The notes under the pieces are model-generated. The model saw only the letters and a program-made list of their open reading frames with translations. It did no database searches and had not been told where the DNA came from. The position numbers were made by a program, and so were the translations under genes. Below, one piece after another: positions 1 to 9,675 of a stretch of DNA of 42,333 nt (position 1 is its first letter; every line of letters begins with the position of its first letter). Source of the DNA: Actinomycetota bacterium (GTDB lineage Bacteria; Actinomycetota; Acidimicrobiia; IMCC26256; VFJJ01); contig VFJJ01000027.1 in NCBI GenBank assembly GCA_009886115.1, positions 1 to 42,333 on the forward strand, read 5' to 3'.

Positions 1-4
1 CCGA

Positions 5-2287
5 TCAGCCGCCGTGGCCGGCCGCCAGCAGGTTGAGCGCGCCGCCGGCCTTGAACCACTCGACGTGCTCGTCCGACATGGTGTGGTTGGTCACGATCTC
101 GTGCATGGTTCCGTCGGCGTGGCGCAACCGCACGGGCACCGTGGAACCCGGGGCCAAGCCGGCGAGGCCGACCACGTCGACGATGTCGTCGGCTCGAACC
201 AGGTCGTAGTCGGCCGGGTCGGCGAACGTGAGCGGCAGCACGCCCTGCTTCTTGAGGTTGGCCTCGTGGATGCGGGCGAACGAGCGGACGAGCACCACAC
301 GGCCCCCGCGAAAGCGCGGTTCCATGGCCGCGTGCTCGCGCGACGAGCCTTCCCCATAGTTCTCGTCGCCGACGGCGATCCAGGTGATCCCGGCCTCGGA
401 GTACTCCTTGGCCAGTTGGGGGATCGATTTCGTGGAACCGTCGCGGGCGTCGATGGCCTGGCCGCTCTGGCCGGGGGTGAAGGCGTTGTTGGCGCCGATG
501 AACATGTTCATCGAGATGTTCTCGAGATGGCCCCGGTAGGTGAGCCACTTCCCGGCCGGCGAGATGTGGTCGGTCGTGCACTTGCCCGCCGCCTTGAGCA
601 GCACCCGAAGGCCGGTGAAGTCCTTGCCGTCCCAAGCGGCGAACGGGGTGAGCAGCTGGAGCCGATCGCTCGTCGGCGACACCGCGACCGAGACCATCTC
701 GGGGTTACGGGCCGGGGTGATGAAGCCCGACTCGCCGGGGGTGAAGCCGGCCGCGGGAAGCTGGTCGGCCACCGGGGCCTCGAGCCGTACCTGCGAACCG
801 TCCTCGGCGGTGAGGGTGTCGCGGGTGAAGTCGAAGTCGAGCCGACCGGCCAGCGCCAGCGCCACCACGGTCTCGGGCGACGCGATGAACGCCAGGGTCG
901 ACGGGTTGGAGTCGTTGCGGGCGGGGAAGTTGCGGTTGAACGACGTGATGATCGAGTTCACCTCGCCGGGCTCGATGTCGTCTCGCTTCCACTGCCCGAT
1001 GCACGGGCCACAGGCGTTGGCCAGCACCGTGGCGCCCATCTCCTCGAGGTCGCCGAGCAGGCCGTCGCGCTCGATGGTGGCCCGCACCTGCTCGGAACCG
1101 GGAGAGATCAGGAGGTGCGTCTTGGCCTTGAGCCCCTTGGCTTTCGCCTGACGGGCCAGGTTGGCAGCCCGTCCTATGTCTTCGTACGACGAGTTCGTGC
1201 ACGAGCCGACGAGCGCCGACGAGAGCTCGAGCGGCCAGCCCTCGGCCCGGGCCTCAGCGCCCAGCTTCGAGATCGAGCGGGCCCGATCGGGCGTGTGGGG
1301 ACCGACGACGTGCGGCTCGAGCGTGTCGAGGTCGATCTCGATCACGCGGTCGTACACGCGAGCCCGATCGGCCTCGATCTCGGGGTCGTTGCGCAGCAGG
1401 TGCGCGTGCTGGTCGGCCAGGTCGGCCAGCGCTTCGCGGGCCGTGGCCTTCAGGTACATGGCCGCATGGTGGTCGTACGGGAACAGCGAGCAGGTGGCGC
1501 CGATCTCCGCGCCCATGTTGCAGACGGTGGCCTTGCCCGTGGCGCTGATGGAGTCGGCGCCGGAACCGAAGTACTCGACGATGGCACCCGTGCCGCCCTT
1601 GACCGTGAGGATCTCGGCCACCTTCAAGATGATGTCCTTGGGGGCCGTCCAGCCCGACAGCGACCCGGTGAGACGCACACCGATGAGCTTGGGGACCTTG
1701 GTGTTGAAGGGCCAGCCGGCCATCACATCGACGGCGTCGGCGCCGCCAACCCCGATGGCGACCATCCCCAACCCACCGGCGTTGGGCGTGTGGCTGTCGG
1801 TGCCGACCATCATCCCGCCGGGGAAGGCGTACTGCTCGAGCACGACCTGGTGGATGATCCCCGATCCTGGTTTCCAGAATCCGATCCCGTACTTCGACGA
1901 CACGGTACGGAGGAACTCGTAGACCTCCTCGTTGACGTCGATGGCGTCCTTCAGGTCGTCGGAAGCTCCGACGTAGGCCTGGATGAGGTGGTCGCAGTGC
2001 ACGCTGCTCGGGACGGCGGTCGTGGGCAGCCGGGCCAGCATGAACTGCAGCAGCGCCATCTGCGCGGTGGCGTCTTGCATGGCGACGCGGTCGGGCCGGT
2101 AGTCGCCGTAGTCGTCGCCCCGGGCCAGGCCGATGGTCTCGGGGTTGTCGGCGTGGCCGAAGAGGATCTTCTCGCCCAGGGTCACCGGCCGGCCCAGGCG
2201 TCGACGGGCGATCTCGGTGCCCTCGGCCAGGCGGGTGTAGGCCTGCTCGACGAGCTCGATGGGGGTGGTGGGTCCGACGGTCGTCAT
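5..2287 (-). CDS. acn: Aconitate hydratase (mitochondrial/ACO2-type, ~760 aa)
   Basis: Motifs DRVAMQDATAQMALLQF, HCDH, GTDSHT, GSCTN, CGPCIG (4Fe-4S Cys ligands), CTTDHIS and GSSREHA. The ATG at 2287 is preceded by GGAG (accggagatccgcccATG). This is the C-terminal part of ORF 5..3616. Confidence 0.95.
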   Translation of the reverse strand: MTTVGPTTPIELVEQAYTRLAEGTEIARRRLGRPVTLGEKILFGHADNPETIGLARGDDYGDYRPDRVAMQDATAQMALLQFMLARLPTTAVPSSVHCDHLIQAYVGASDDLKDAIDVNEEVYEFLRTVSSKYGIGFWKPGSGIIHQVVLEQYAFPGGMMVGTDSHTPNAGGLGMVAIGVGGADAVDVMAGWPFNTKVPKLIGVRLTGSLSGWTAPKDIILKVAEILTVKGGTGAIVEYFGSGADSISATGKATVCNMGAEIGATCSLFPYDHHAAMYLKATAREALADLADQHAHLLRNDPEIEADRARVYDRVIEIDLDTLEPHVVGPHTPDRARSISKLGAEARAEGWPLELSSALVGSCTNSSYEDIGRAANLARQAKAKGLKAKTHLLISPGSEQVRATIERDGLLGDLEEMGATVLANACGPCIGQWKRDDIEPGEVNSIITSFNRNFPARNDSNPSTLAFIASPETVVALALAGRLDFDFTRDTLTAEDGSQVRLEAPVADQLPAAGFTPGESGFITPARNPEMVSVAVSPTSDRLQLLTPFAAWDGKDFTGLRVLLKAAGKCTTDHISPAGKWLTYRGHLENISMNMFIGANNAFTPGQSGQAIDARDGSTKSIPQLAKEYSEAGITWIAVGDENYGEGSSREHAAMEPRFRGGRVVLVRSFARIHEANLKKQGVLPLTFADPADYDLVRADDIVDVVGLAGLAPGSTVPVRLRHADGTMHEIVTNHTMSDEHVEWFKAGGALNLLAAGHGG

Positions 2288-2332
2288 GGGCGGATCTCCG
2301 GTGCGCGGGCGTCGAATGGCGTTTGCGCCCGA

Positions 2333-2338
2333 GAATAC
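2333..2338 (-). promoter_or_regulatory. Putative -10 hexamer (TATTCT) of the aconitase promoter
   Basis: TAnnnT hexamer about 45 nt upstream of the aconitase ATG, in a locally AT-richer stretch. Confidence 0.35.
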
Positions 2339-2440
2339 GTTGTTGCTCGCTGACCGCTGGCCTCCGGCTGCCCGACGAAGCTCTGGCCTCCGCTGAAGTA
2401 TCCCAAGGCCCACCGGAAGCGCAGGCGGACCGAAGGCTCT

Positions 2441-3514
2441 GAGCCCCGGCCCCTGGTCGGTGATCGTGAGCCGATGGGCGTCGACCGTCGACGACACGCC
2501 GACGGTGACGGTGGCACCCGTAGGCGACGCGGCCAGCGCGTTGTCGAGGAGGTTGTCGAGGAGGTTGTCGAGGAGGTTGTCGAGGATCTGCTCGATGGCG
2601 CCGGGCACGGCCACGACGGGTGCAGGGAGCCCGGTCCCGATGGGCACGAGGTTGACGTTCATCGACTCGGCCACCGCGGTCCACGTGTCGACACGCTCCT
2701 CGGCGAGCCGGGCGAGATCGGCGATCGCGGTGGGTGTGCGCTCGTCGGCTCGGGCCAGGTGCAGCAGATCGGTGACGAGCGTGGTGAGACGCTGGGTCTC
2801 CTCCAGTGCCGCGTCGAGCTCGACGTCGAGGTCGGGCGACGCCTCCCCCGTCGAGCGGCTCTGGAGGTTCTCGAGTCGGAGCCGCAGCGCGGTCAACGGC
2901 GTTCGGAGCTGGTGCGACGCATCCCCCACGAAGCTGCGCTGGGTCTGGAGCACCTCGTCGATGAGGATGGCCATGGTGGTCATGGTGTCGCCGAGCGCAC
3001 GGAGCTCCGGTGGACCCTCGACGGGCGTTGCGTCGACGCTCAGATCGCCGCTGGCGAATCGGGCCGCGGCATCGTTGAGCTGGCGCACGGGCCGGGTCAC
3101 CGACCGGGCAATGCCCCAGCCGATGAGCGCCACCGCCCCCAGCACCACCGCCGCGACGCCGGCCAACGCCAGCCACAGCCGGTGGATGCGGGCGTCTACC
3201 TCGCCGGTGTCGAGGGTGAGCCGGAGCGCGCCGTGCACCGTTGCGCCTGACGCGATCGGGACCGCGACGTACAGGAGGTCGCGGCCCAACGTCTCCGACG
3301 GCCGGGTGCCCGACGCCCGAGAACCGGCCAAGGCCTGCACGATCTCGGGGCGGGTGGAGAAGTCGCGGTCGATGCTGGCCTCGGTGTCGACGAGCGAGAT
3401 GCCGTCGACATCGACGACGACGACCCGGGCACCGGTGCGGACGGCGTACGTCTCGGCCGGCCCGGGGTCGATCGGCAGGCCGCCCTCGACGCCGTCCTCG
3501 TAGATCGTGGTCAT
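2441..3514 (-). pseudogene. Truncated sensor histidine kinase (sensor-TM-HAMP-HisKA-partial HATPase), no stop codon, in frame with aconitase
   Basis: HAMP (ITRPVRQL-like SVTRPVRQL...ELRAL), H-box DASHQLRTPL, N-box QILDNLLDN and G1 box DQGPG are present. F and G2 boxes are absent and there is no first TM helix at the N-terminus. Confidence 0.8.
2540..2586. repeat. 12-bp tandem repeat (gttgtcgaggag) x~4 inside the kinase N-box
   Basis: Read directly from the sequence. Encodes LDNLLDNLLDNLLDN. Confidence 0.95.
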
Positions 3515-3896
3515 GGCCCTCGCCGCGTTCGGCGCCGTGATCGTGGCCCAGGGCTCGGGCGAGTCCCTCGAGGACGACGTGACCGAGACCGAGCTTGTCG
3601 AGGCCCACACCGACAAGGGCGAGTCGGTGCTGCCCTGGGCGCTGGGCGTCGCGGTGGTCGCAGCCGGGGTCGTCGCAGCCGGGCCGCTGCGTACGCGCTA
3701 CCCCACGCTGTCGGCCCGGGCCATCACCGCGACACTGCTCACCGTTGCTCTGGTCGCAGGCACCGGGGCAACGTGGACGGTGATCGACGTCGGCCATTCC
3801 GGCGCCAAGGCCACCGGGGACAAGCAGCCGACCGACAGCGAGACCGGCGACCCCGGGGAAGGCGGTTCCGACAACGGCTCCGAGGATGACGACTGA
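3507..3896 (+). pseudogene. 5'-truncated DUF2231-like membrane protein
   Basis: SGESLE...VEAHTDKG, two hydrophobic helices, GHSGAKAT and an acidic tail resemble the C-terminal half of DUF2231-type proteins. The N-terminal HP..VH segment is missing. Confidence 0.55.
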
Positions 3897-3951
3897 CACG
3901 AACGGCCCGCCCGACGCCAGATCAGCCGTCGGCCCGGGACCGACCGACGCG

Positions 3952-3957
3952 TAGTCT
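3952..3957 (+). promoter_or_regulatory. Putative -10 (TAGTCT) of a leaderless transcript
   Basis: TAnnnT with 7 nt to the ATG at 3965, a typical actinobacterial leaderless geometry. Confidence 0.45.
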
Positions 3958-3964
3958 CGGGGAC

Positions 3965-4459
3965 ATGGCGCACGATCCCCGTCCCGGAGGGCTTCGCGTC
4001 CCGGCCGACTACGGGCTGAGTCCCGATGCCGGGCCGGCGCACTGGCCCTGGAGCGACGTCACCCGCCGCATCGCGCAAGGCCGCACGTCGTGGGTCGCCA
4101 CGACCCGGCCCGACGGTCGCCCGCACGTGCAACCGGTGTGGGGCGTGATCGTCGACGACCGGATGCTCTTCAGCACCGACCCGCGGTCGCGCAAGGCCCG
4201 CAACCTCGCAGCCAACCCGGCGATCGTGGTGCACCTCGACTCCGGCGACGAGGTCGTCATCGTCGAGGGTGTCGCCCGACGGCTCGCGGCGGCGGAGGTC
4301 CCGCCCGGGTTCACGGCCACCTACCTCGCCAAGTACGACGTCGAGGTCGTACCGACCGACGACGATCCCCGGTACGGCTTCTACGAGATCGTGCCCGAGG
4401 TGGCCATGAGCTGGGGCGAGGCCGACTTCGTCGAGTCTGTCGTACGCTGGGAGTTTTGA
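3965..4459 (+). CDS. Pyridoxamine 5'-phosphate oxidase-like (FMN/F420-binding split-barrel) protein
   Basis: WVATTRPDGRPHVQPVWG...SRKARNLAANP signature. Confidence 0.88.
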   Translation: MAHDPRPGGLRVPADYGLSPDAGPAHWPWSDVTRRIAQGRTSWVATTRPDGRPHVQPVWGVIVDDRMLFSTDPRSRKARNLAANPAIVVHLDSGDEVVIVEGVARRLAAAEVPPGFTATYLAKYDVEVVPTDDDPRYGFYEIVPEVAMSWGEADFVESVVRWEF

Positions 4460-4487
4460 GCCACCGACGACGGGGGAACACCAGGTC

Positions 4488-5525
4488 ATGGAATACCGGC
4501 GGTTGGGCACCAGCGACCTCGACGTACCCGTCATCAGCCTCGGCTCCTGGCTCACCTACGGCGCCGGCGTCGACGACTCGGCCGCAACCACCTGCGTGCG
4601 GCGGGCGCTCGAGCTCGGCATCGACTTCTTCGACACGGCGAACATCTACGGCAAGGGCTCGGCCGAGGAGGTGCTCGGACGGGCGCTCGTGGGGGTGCCC
4701 CGCGACTCGTACCGCTTGGCCACCAAGCTGTTTTGGCCCATGACCGACACCGACAAGGGTCTCTCGCGATCGCAGGTGCTCAAGCAGTGCGACGCCTCGT
4801 TGAAGCGGCTCCAGACCGACCACCTCGACCTCTACCAGTGCCATCGCTACGACAAGGACACCCCGCTCGAGGAGACCATGGGCGCGCTCACCGAGCTCGT
4901 CGAGGCCGGCAAGGTGCGCTGGCTGGGACTGTCGGAGTGGAAGGCCGACCAGATCGACGCCGCGGCCGAGATCGCCGCCCGCACCGGCGCCCGGCCCTTC
5001 GTGTCGAGCCAGCCGCAGTACTCGATGCTGTACCGGGTCCCCGAAGGAGCGGTCTTCGACAGCTGCCGGCGCCACGGCATCGGCAACATCGTGTGGTCGC
5101 CGCTCGCCCAGGGGGTGCTCACCGGCAAGTACCGGCCCGGACAGCCGCCGCCCGCCGACTCGCGCGCTGCGTCGTCGTCGATGGGCGGCGCCCTCGGCCG
5201 CTACAAGAGCGACGAGGTGCTGACGGCCGTCGAGCGGCTCCGACCGATCGCCGACGCCGCCGGGATCACCATGGCGCAACTGGCTCTGGCCTGGGTGCTC
5301 CGCGACGATGTGGTGACGAGCGCCATCATCGGGGCTACCCGTCCCGAGCAGGTGGACGACAACGTGGCTGCCGCCGGGGTGAGGCTCGACGCCGACACGA
5401 TCGCCGCCATCGACGAGGCCCTCGACGACGTCGTCACCCTTGAGCACTCACTCGTCGAGCGGGCCACGAAGGTCGCCAAAGGCACGGTGGCCAAGTTCGC
5501 CCGGGCGGTCAAGCCCAAGCGATGA
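4488..5525 (+). CDS. Aldo/keto reductase (Kv-beta/YajO-like)
   Basis: LGSW, FFDTANIYG, ATK, LDLYQCHR, GKVRWLGLSEW, WSPLAQGVLTGKY and IIGATRPEQV. Confidence 0.95.
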   Translation: MEYRRLGTSDLDVPVISLGSWLTYGAGVDDSAATTCVRRALELGIDFFDTANIYGKGSAEEVLGRALVGVPRDSYRLATKLFWPMTDTDKGLSRSQVLKQCDASLKRLQTDHLDLYQCHRYDKDTPLEETMGALTELVEAGKVRWLGLSEWKADQIDAAAEIAARTGARPFVSSQPQYSMLYRVPEGAVFDSCRRHGIGNIVWSPLAQGVLTGKYRPGQPPPADSRAASSSMGGALGRYKSDEVLTAVERLRPIADAAGITMAQLALAWVLRDDVVTSAIIGATRPEQVDDNVAAAGVRLDADTIAAIDEALDDVVTLEHSLVERATKVAKGTVAKFARAVKPKR

Positions 5526-5532
5526 TCGGGGC

Positions 5533-6360
5533 ATGATCGAGGTTCCCGGGGTCCTGGCCCGACACAGCACGCTCAGCGCCACGGCACCCGGCGTCTACGA
5601 ACGCCAGACCGACGCCACGTTCGAGGGCTTCCGGAGCCTGTTCGGCGGCTACGGCCTGGCCCTGGCTCTGGCCGCCATGGACGGTGAGGTCGCCTCGATC
5701 GACCCCGGTGCTCCGGTGCGCACACCCCGCTCGCTCACGATGCACTTCCTGCGCCCCTTCACGCTGGGCGGGTTCCGCGCCGAGGTCACGAACGATCGCG
5801 TCGGCCGGACGGTCACCACGCTGACGGCCCGCCTGTCGTGCAACGGAACGCTGTGCGGGCTGGCCATCGCGACCTACGCCACCGATCGCCCGTCGCCCGA
5901 GTTCAGCGATGCCACCATGCCACAGGTCGCGCCGGTCGGGGTCGACGAGGAGCCGGCCGGCGTGCTCTTGCGGGTTGCAGCCCACGACCACTTCCACTTC
6001 TGGCCCCGCCACACCACACTCGAGGGTGACGGCGGCCGAGCGTTCGCTGGCGGCTGGATCATCCCCCGCACGCCCGAGCCCGTCACCGCGGGCCTGGTGT
6101 GCGCGTACGGCGACATCTGGGTGCCGGTCGTGCACCAACGGATCACCACACCGGCAATCAGCATGACGTCCGACTTCACCGCGCACTTCCGGATGCCGCT
6201 GCCCTCGCCGGACATCGACCCGTCGTCACCGGTGCTGGTCTCGATGAGCACCCGGGCCGCGGTCAACGGGTTCGTCGACGAGGACACCGAGATCTGGACC
6301 GGCGACGGACGGCTGTTGGCATCGACCCGCCAGCTCAGGGTCCTCCAAGCCGTGGAGTGA
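5533..6360 (+). CDS. Acyl-CoA thioesterase-like (double hotdog) protein
   Basis: FGGY, RSLTMHFLRP, GRTVT and GFVDEDTEIW...LLASTRQ. Start placed at ATG 5533, just after the AKR stop. Confidence 0.85.
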   Translation: MIEVPGVLARHSTLSATAPGVYERQTDATFEGFRSLFGGYGLALALAAMDGEVASIDPGAPVRTPRSLTMHFLRPFTLGGFRAEVTNDRVGRTVTTLTARLSCNGTLCGLAIATYATDRPSPEFSDATMPQVAPVGVDEEPAGVLLRVAAHDHFHFWPRHTTLEGDGGRAFAGGWIIPRTPEPVTAGLVCAYGDIWVPVVHQRITTPAISMTSDFTAHFRMPLPSPDIDPSSPVLVSMSTRAAVNGFVDEDTEIWTGDGRLLASTRQLRVLQAVE

Positions 6361-6375
6361 CGGCGCCGCCTTCTC

Positions 6376-6660
6376 GTGCTTTCACCGGGCCGGCGCGCGG
6401 CGATGCTGGCCGGTGAGCACCATACGGAGCGCATCATCGGCGGGAACCACCTCGCCTTCGCGCAGGAGGGCCTGATCGCGCCGGGCACGGTCCACGTGCT
6501 CACCGAGACCGCGCCGCACGACCACTGCGTGTTCGCCGTCATCGACGATGCGGTCGACGCCACCACGCTCCGGGCGTTCGACGAGCTGCTGCTGTCGATG
6601 TCGTTCGACGATCCCGAGGTGCGGATGCTCCTCGAGCTCGAAGGCCTGCGCGAGTGGCGG
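6376..6660 (+). pseudogene. Internal fragment of a PhnD/phosphonate-type substrate-binding protein
   Basis: GNHLAFAQEG...APHDHCVF...LLLSMSFDDPEVRMLLELEGLREWR resembles the C-terminal part of actinobacterial PhnD-like proteins (recalled). Both ends are missing. Confidence 0.55.
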
Positions 6661-7346
6661 TCATGGCGTACCTGGTCGAGAACGAGCAGGCGGCACTGGT
6701 GGTGCCGTCGCGCTTCCTCGGCCAGATCCATCCCCATTTCGCCGAGGTCCAGCATCTCCTCGCAGTGCAGATCGCCGACGAAGCACGGCACGCCCACGTG
6801 TTCGCCCGGCGGGCCCGACTCGCCGAGCGGCCCGCGACGTTGTCGGGCGCAGGCGGACGCGCCTCGCTGCAGACCCTCCTCGACGAGCCCCACTTCGCGA
6901 CGGCGAGCTTCTTGCTGAGCGTGCTCGGTGAGGGCACGTTCTTGTCCCTGCTGGGATTCCTGGAACGCCACGCGCCCGACGACTGCACCCGCACGGATGC
7001 CCGACTGGTCCGCGCCGACGAAGCACGGCACGTCGCGTTCGGCGTTGCGCATCTCGAACGCCACTGCTCCCGAGACCCGACGCTGCGGGCTCGCCTGGCG
7101 TCGGCCGTCGAGCGCCGTCACGACGCGCTCCGCTCGACGGCGGGGCTCAACCAGGAGGTCTTCGACAGTCTGGTCCTGCTGGCCGCGGGCAGCCGGGTCC
7201 CGAGCGACATCGCCCGTGGGTGGGCAGCGGTGCAGGAGCTGCAGGCCGACATGCAATCGGGCCGAGAAGGCCGTCTCGCCCGTCTGGGCTTCACCCCGGC
7301 CGAGACCGAGACACTCGCCGCCCTCCACACCCGCAACTTCATGTAG
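6654..7346 (+). CDS. Ferritin-like diiron-carboxylate protein, probably 5'-truncated
   Basis: E (YLVENE), DEARH, E (LGEG) and DEARH form the diiron ligand pattern. Ends in LHTRNFM. Begins abruptly at the junction with the PhnD-like fragment. Confidence 0.7.
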   Translation: MAVMAYLVENEQAALVVPSRFLGQIHPHFAEVQHLLAVQIADEARHAHVFARRARLAERPATLSGAGGRASLQTLLDEPHFATASFLLSVLGEGTFLSLLGFLERHAPDDCTRTDARLVRADEARHVAFGVAHLERHCSRDPTLRARLASAVERRHDALRSTAGLNQEVFDSLVLLAAGSRVPSDIARGWAAVQELQADMQSGREGRLARLGFTPAETETLAALHTRNFM

Positions 7347-7382
7347 CGACGGCCCCGGCAGCCCGGCGCCCGGGGAGCACGG

Positions 7383-7994
<612 letters not shown>

Positions 7995-8072
7995 CCCACC
8001 CTCCGGCAGCTTGGCCATGCTGCATGAGTCAGTTGACAGAGGCCCGCGTTAGGTCCCGGGGTGGATGCTGGC

Positions 8073-8549
8073 TCAGGCGCGAGCCTGCTCGACGACCGTG
8101 ACGGTACGCATGACGTCGCCGACCTTGACGCCCAGCGCGATCTCCATCCCCGAGGTGACGTGGCCGAAGAGGTTGTACGACTTGGCCAGCTTGGCCCGGC
8201 AGTCGGCGGTGCAGATGAAGAACTGCGATCCGTTGGTGTTGGGGCCGGAGTTCGCCATCGCCACTGCGCCCACCGTGTACTCGGCGATCACCGGCTCATC
8301 GGCGAACTTGTAGCCCGGACCGCCGCGCCCCGAACCCTCGGGACAGCCGCCCTGGACGACGAAATCGGGCACGACCCGGTGGAACGTGAGGCCGGTGTAG
8401 TACCCCGCGCGGGCCAGGCTCACGAAGTTGTTCACCGTGGTGGGTGCGAGCTTCGGATCGAGCAGCATGACGATCGAGCCGGCGTCGAGGCCGATCGTGA
8501 CCTCGTAGGTCGCGTCGACATCGATCTCCATCGCGGGGGCTTGGGCCAC
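8073..8549 (-). CDS. Cyclophilin-type peptidyl-prolyl cis-trans isomerase
   Basis: APTTVNNF, FHRVVPDFVVQGG, AMANSGPNTNGSQFFI and YNLFG. Confidence 0.95.
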   Translation of the reverse strand: MAQAPAMEIDVDATYEVTIGLDAGSIVMLLDPKLAPTTVNNFVSLARAGYYTGLTFHRVVPDFVVQGGCPEGSGRGGPGYKFADEPVIAEYTVGAVAMANSGPNTNGSQFFICTADCRAKLAKSYNLFGHVTSGMEIALGVKVGDVMRTVTVVEQARA

Positions 8550-8628
8550 GGGAATCTCCAGTGCGGTATGGGGTTGCGGTGTGTGGTCGGGGCTGTGGTC
8601 AGGAACGGCGGTGGCGCTCAGACCCCGT

Positions 8629-9675
8629 TCACGTCGAGGCGGTCGTCGCCAGGGTGGTCTCGACGGCCACGGTAGGCGACGACGGGACGGTCGTCGAAGA
8701 CGCGACGGTGGTCGTGACTCCCAGCGTCGCGCTCGTGGTGGTGGAGCCGGCGCGGGTCGGGCCCGCCACCGACACCGTGGTCGGCACGCTCGAGACCGTG
8801 GCCGGCGCTGTGCTGTTCGCCAATCCGACGCCGCAGTCGGCGGTGTCGATCAAGCCGGCGACGGCGCCACCCCGGGGCGCGGCCGGGCCGGTCAGCTCGA
8901 GGTAGCGACGCCACTCGACGGTGGCTTCGTCGGTTCGACCGAAGCCGTAACACAGGGTCATGCCGCGGAAGAAATGGGCATCGGGGTAGTCGGAGGCTGC
9001 GCCGACCGCGGCGTCGAGACGCTCGAGCGCACTGACGTAGAGCTCCTCTCGAGCCGCGGGATCTTCGACACCATCGGCGGCGATGGTTCGGATCCAGCCC
9101 GAGTAGGCCGCGGCTTCCGGGTTGGTGGCGTCGATCGCGTAGGCCTCGTCGAACTGTTGCAGCGCACCAACGAGGTCGTCGGTCTGGAGCAGGTATCGGG
9201 CCAGGTCGAGACGGGCCGAGACCGACTCGGGATCGGCTTCGACGGCAGCCTCCAACGAGCCCAGGGCCGCCGCCGGGTCGATCTGGTCGTTCCCCGTAAC
9301 GGTCCCACCGGAGATGCGCTCACCCAGGTACTCGGCGAGCAGCCAGCTGGCCCCCACGACGAAGGTGATGATGAACAACGCGACCATGACCCGGCGCGCT
9401 CGCGACACCGGCGGGGCGGCGATACGGGCGTCGACCCCGCTGTCGAGCGACAGCAGCACCACAGCGGCCCGGGACGTGTACTCGTCGCGCAGGCGCTCGT
9501 ACTCGTCGAGGTACATGTTCCCGACGGCCAGCTCGGCTTCGAGGTCGTCGAGCGAGCGCAACAGGAAGTCGCGCTCCTCCTCAAGGACCCGGAGCTCCTC
9601 GGGATCGAGCGGACGCTCCAAGGTGTCGCCGCCCGAGCCCCCCGATGCCCGTCCAGCACTTCGGAAAGCGTTCAT
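8629..9675 (-). CDS. CcmI/CycH-like TPR membrane protein with Ser/Thr-rich tail
   Basis: LLRSLDDLEAE...EYERLRDEY acidic helix, one TM and TPR-like helices. Located directly after ccmH. Confidence 0.7.
   Translation of the reverse strand: MNAFRSAGRASGGSGGDTLERPLDPEELRVLEEERDFLLRSLDDLEAELAVGNMYLDEYERLRDEYTSRAAVVLLSLDSGVDARIAAPPVSRARRVMVALFIITFVVGASWLLAEYLGERISGGTVTGNDQIDPAAALGSLEAAVEADPESVSARLDLARYLLQTDDLVGALQQFDEAYAIDATNPEAAAYSGWIRTIAADGVEDPAAREELYVSALERLDAAVGAASDYPDAHFFRGMTLCYGFGRTDEATVEWRRYLELTGPAAPRGGAVAGLIDTADCGVGLANSTAPATVSSVPTTVSVAGPTRAGSTTTSATLGVTTTVASSTTVPSSPTVAVETTLATTAST

Noticed and set aside
14..3899. Long alternative ORFs 14..2353 (+) and 1254..3899 (-)
   Set aside because: These are antisense or off-frame shadows of aconitase and the kinase, typical of high-GC DNA, with Arg/Gly/Pro-rich nonsense composition.
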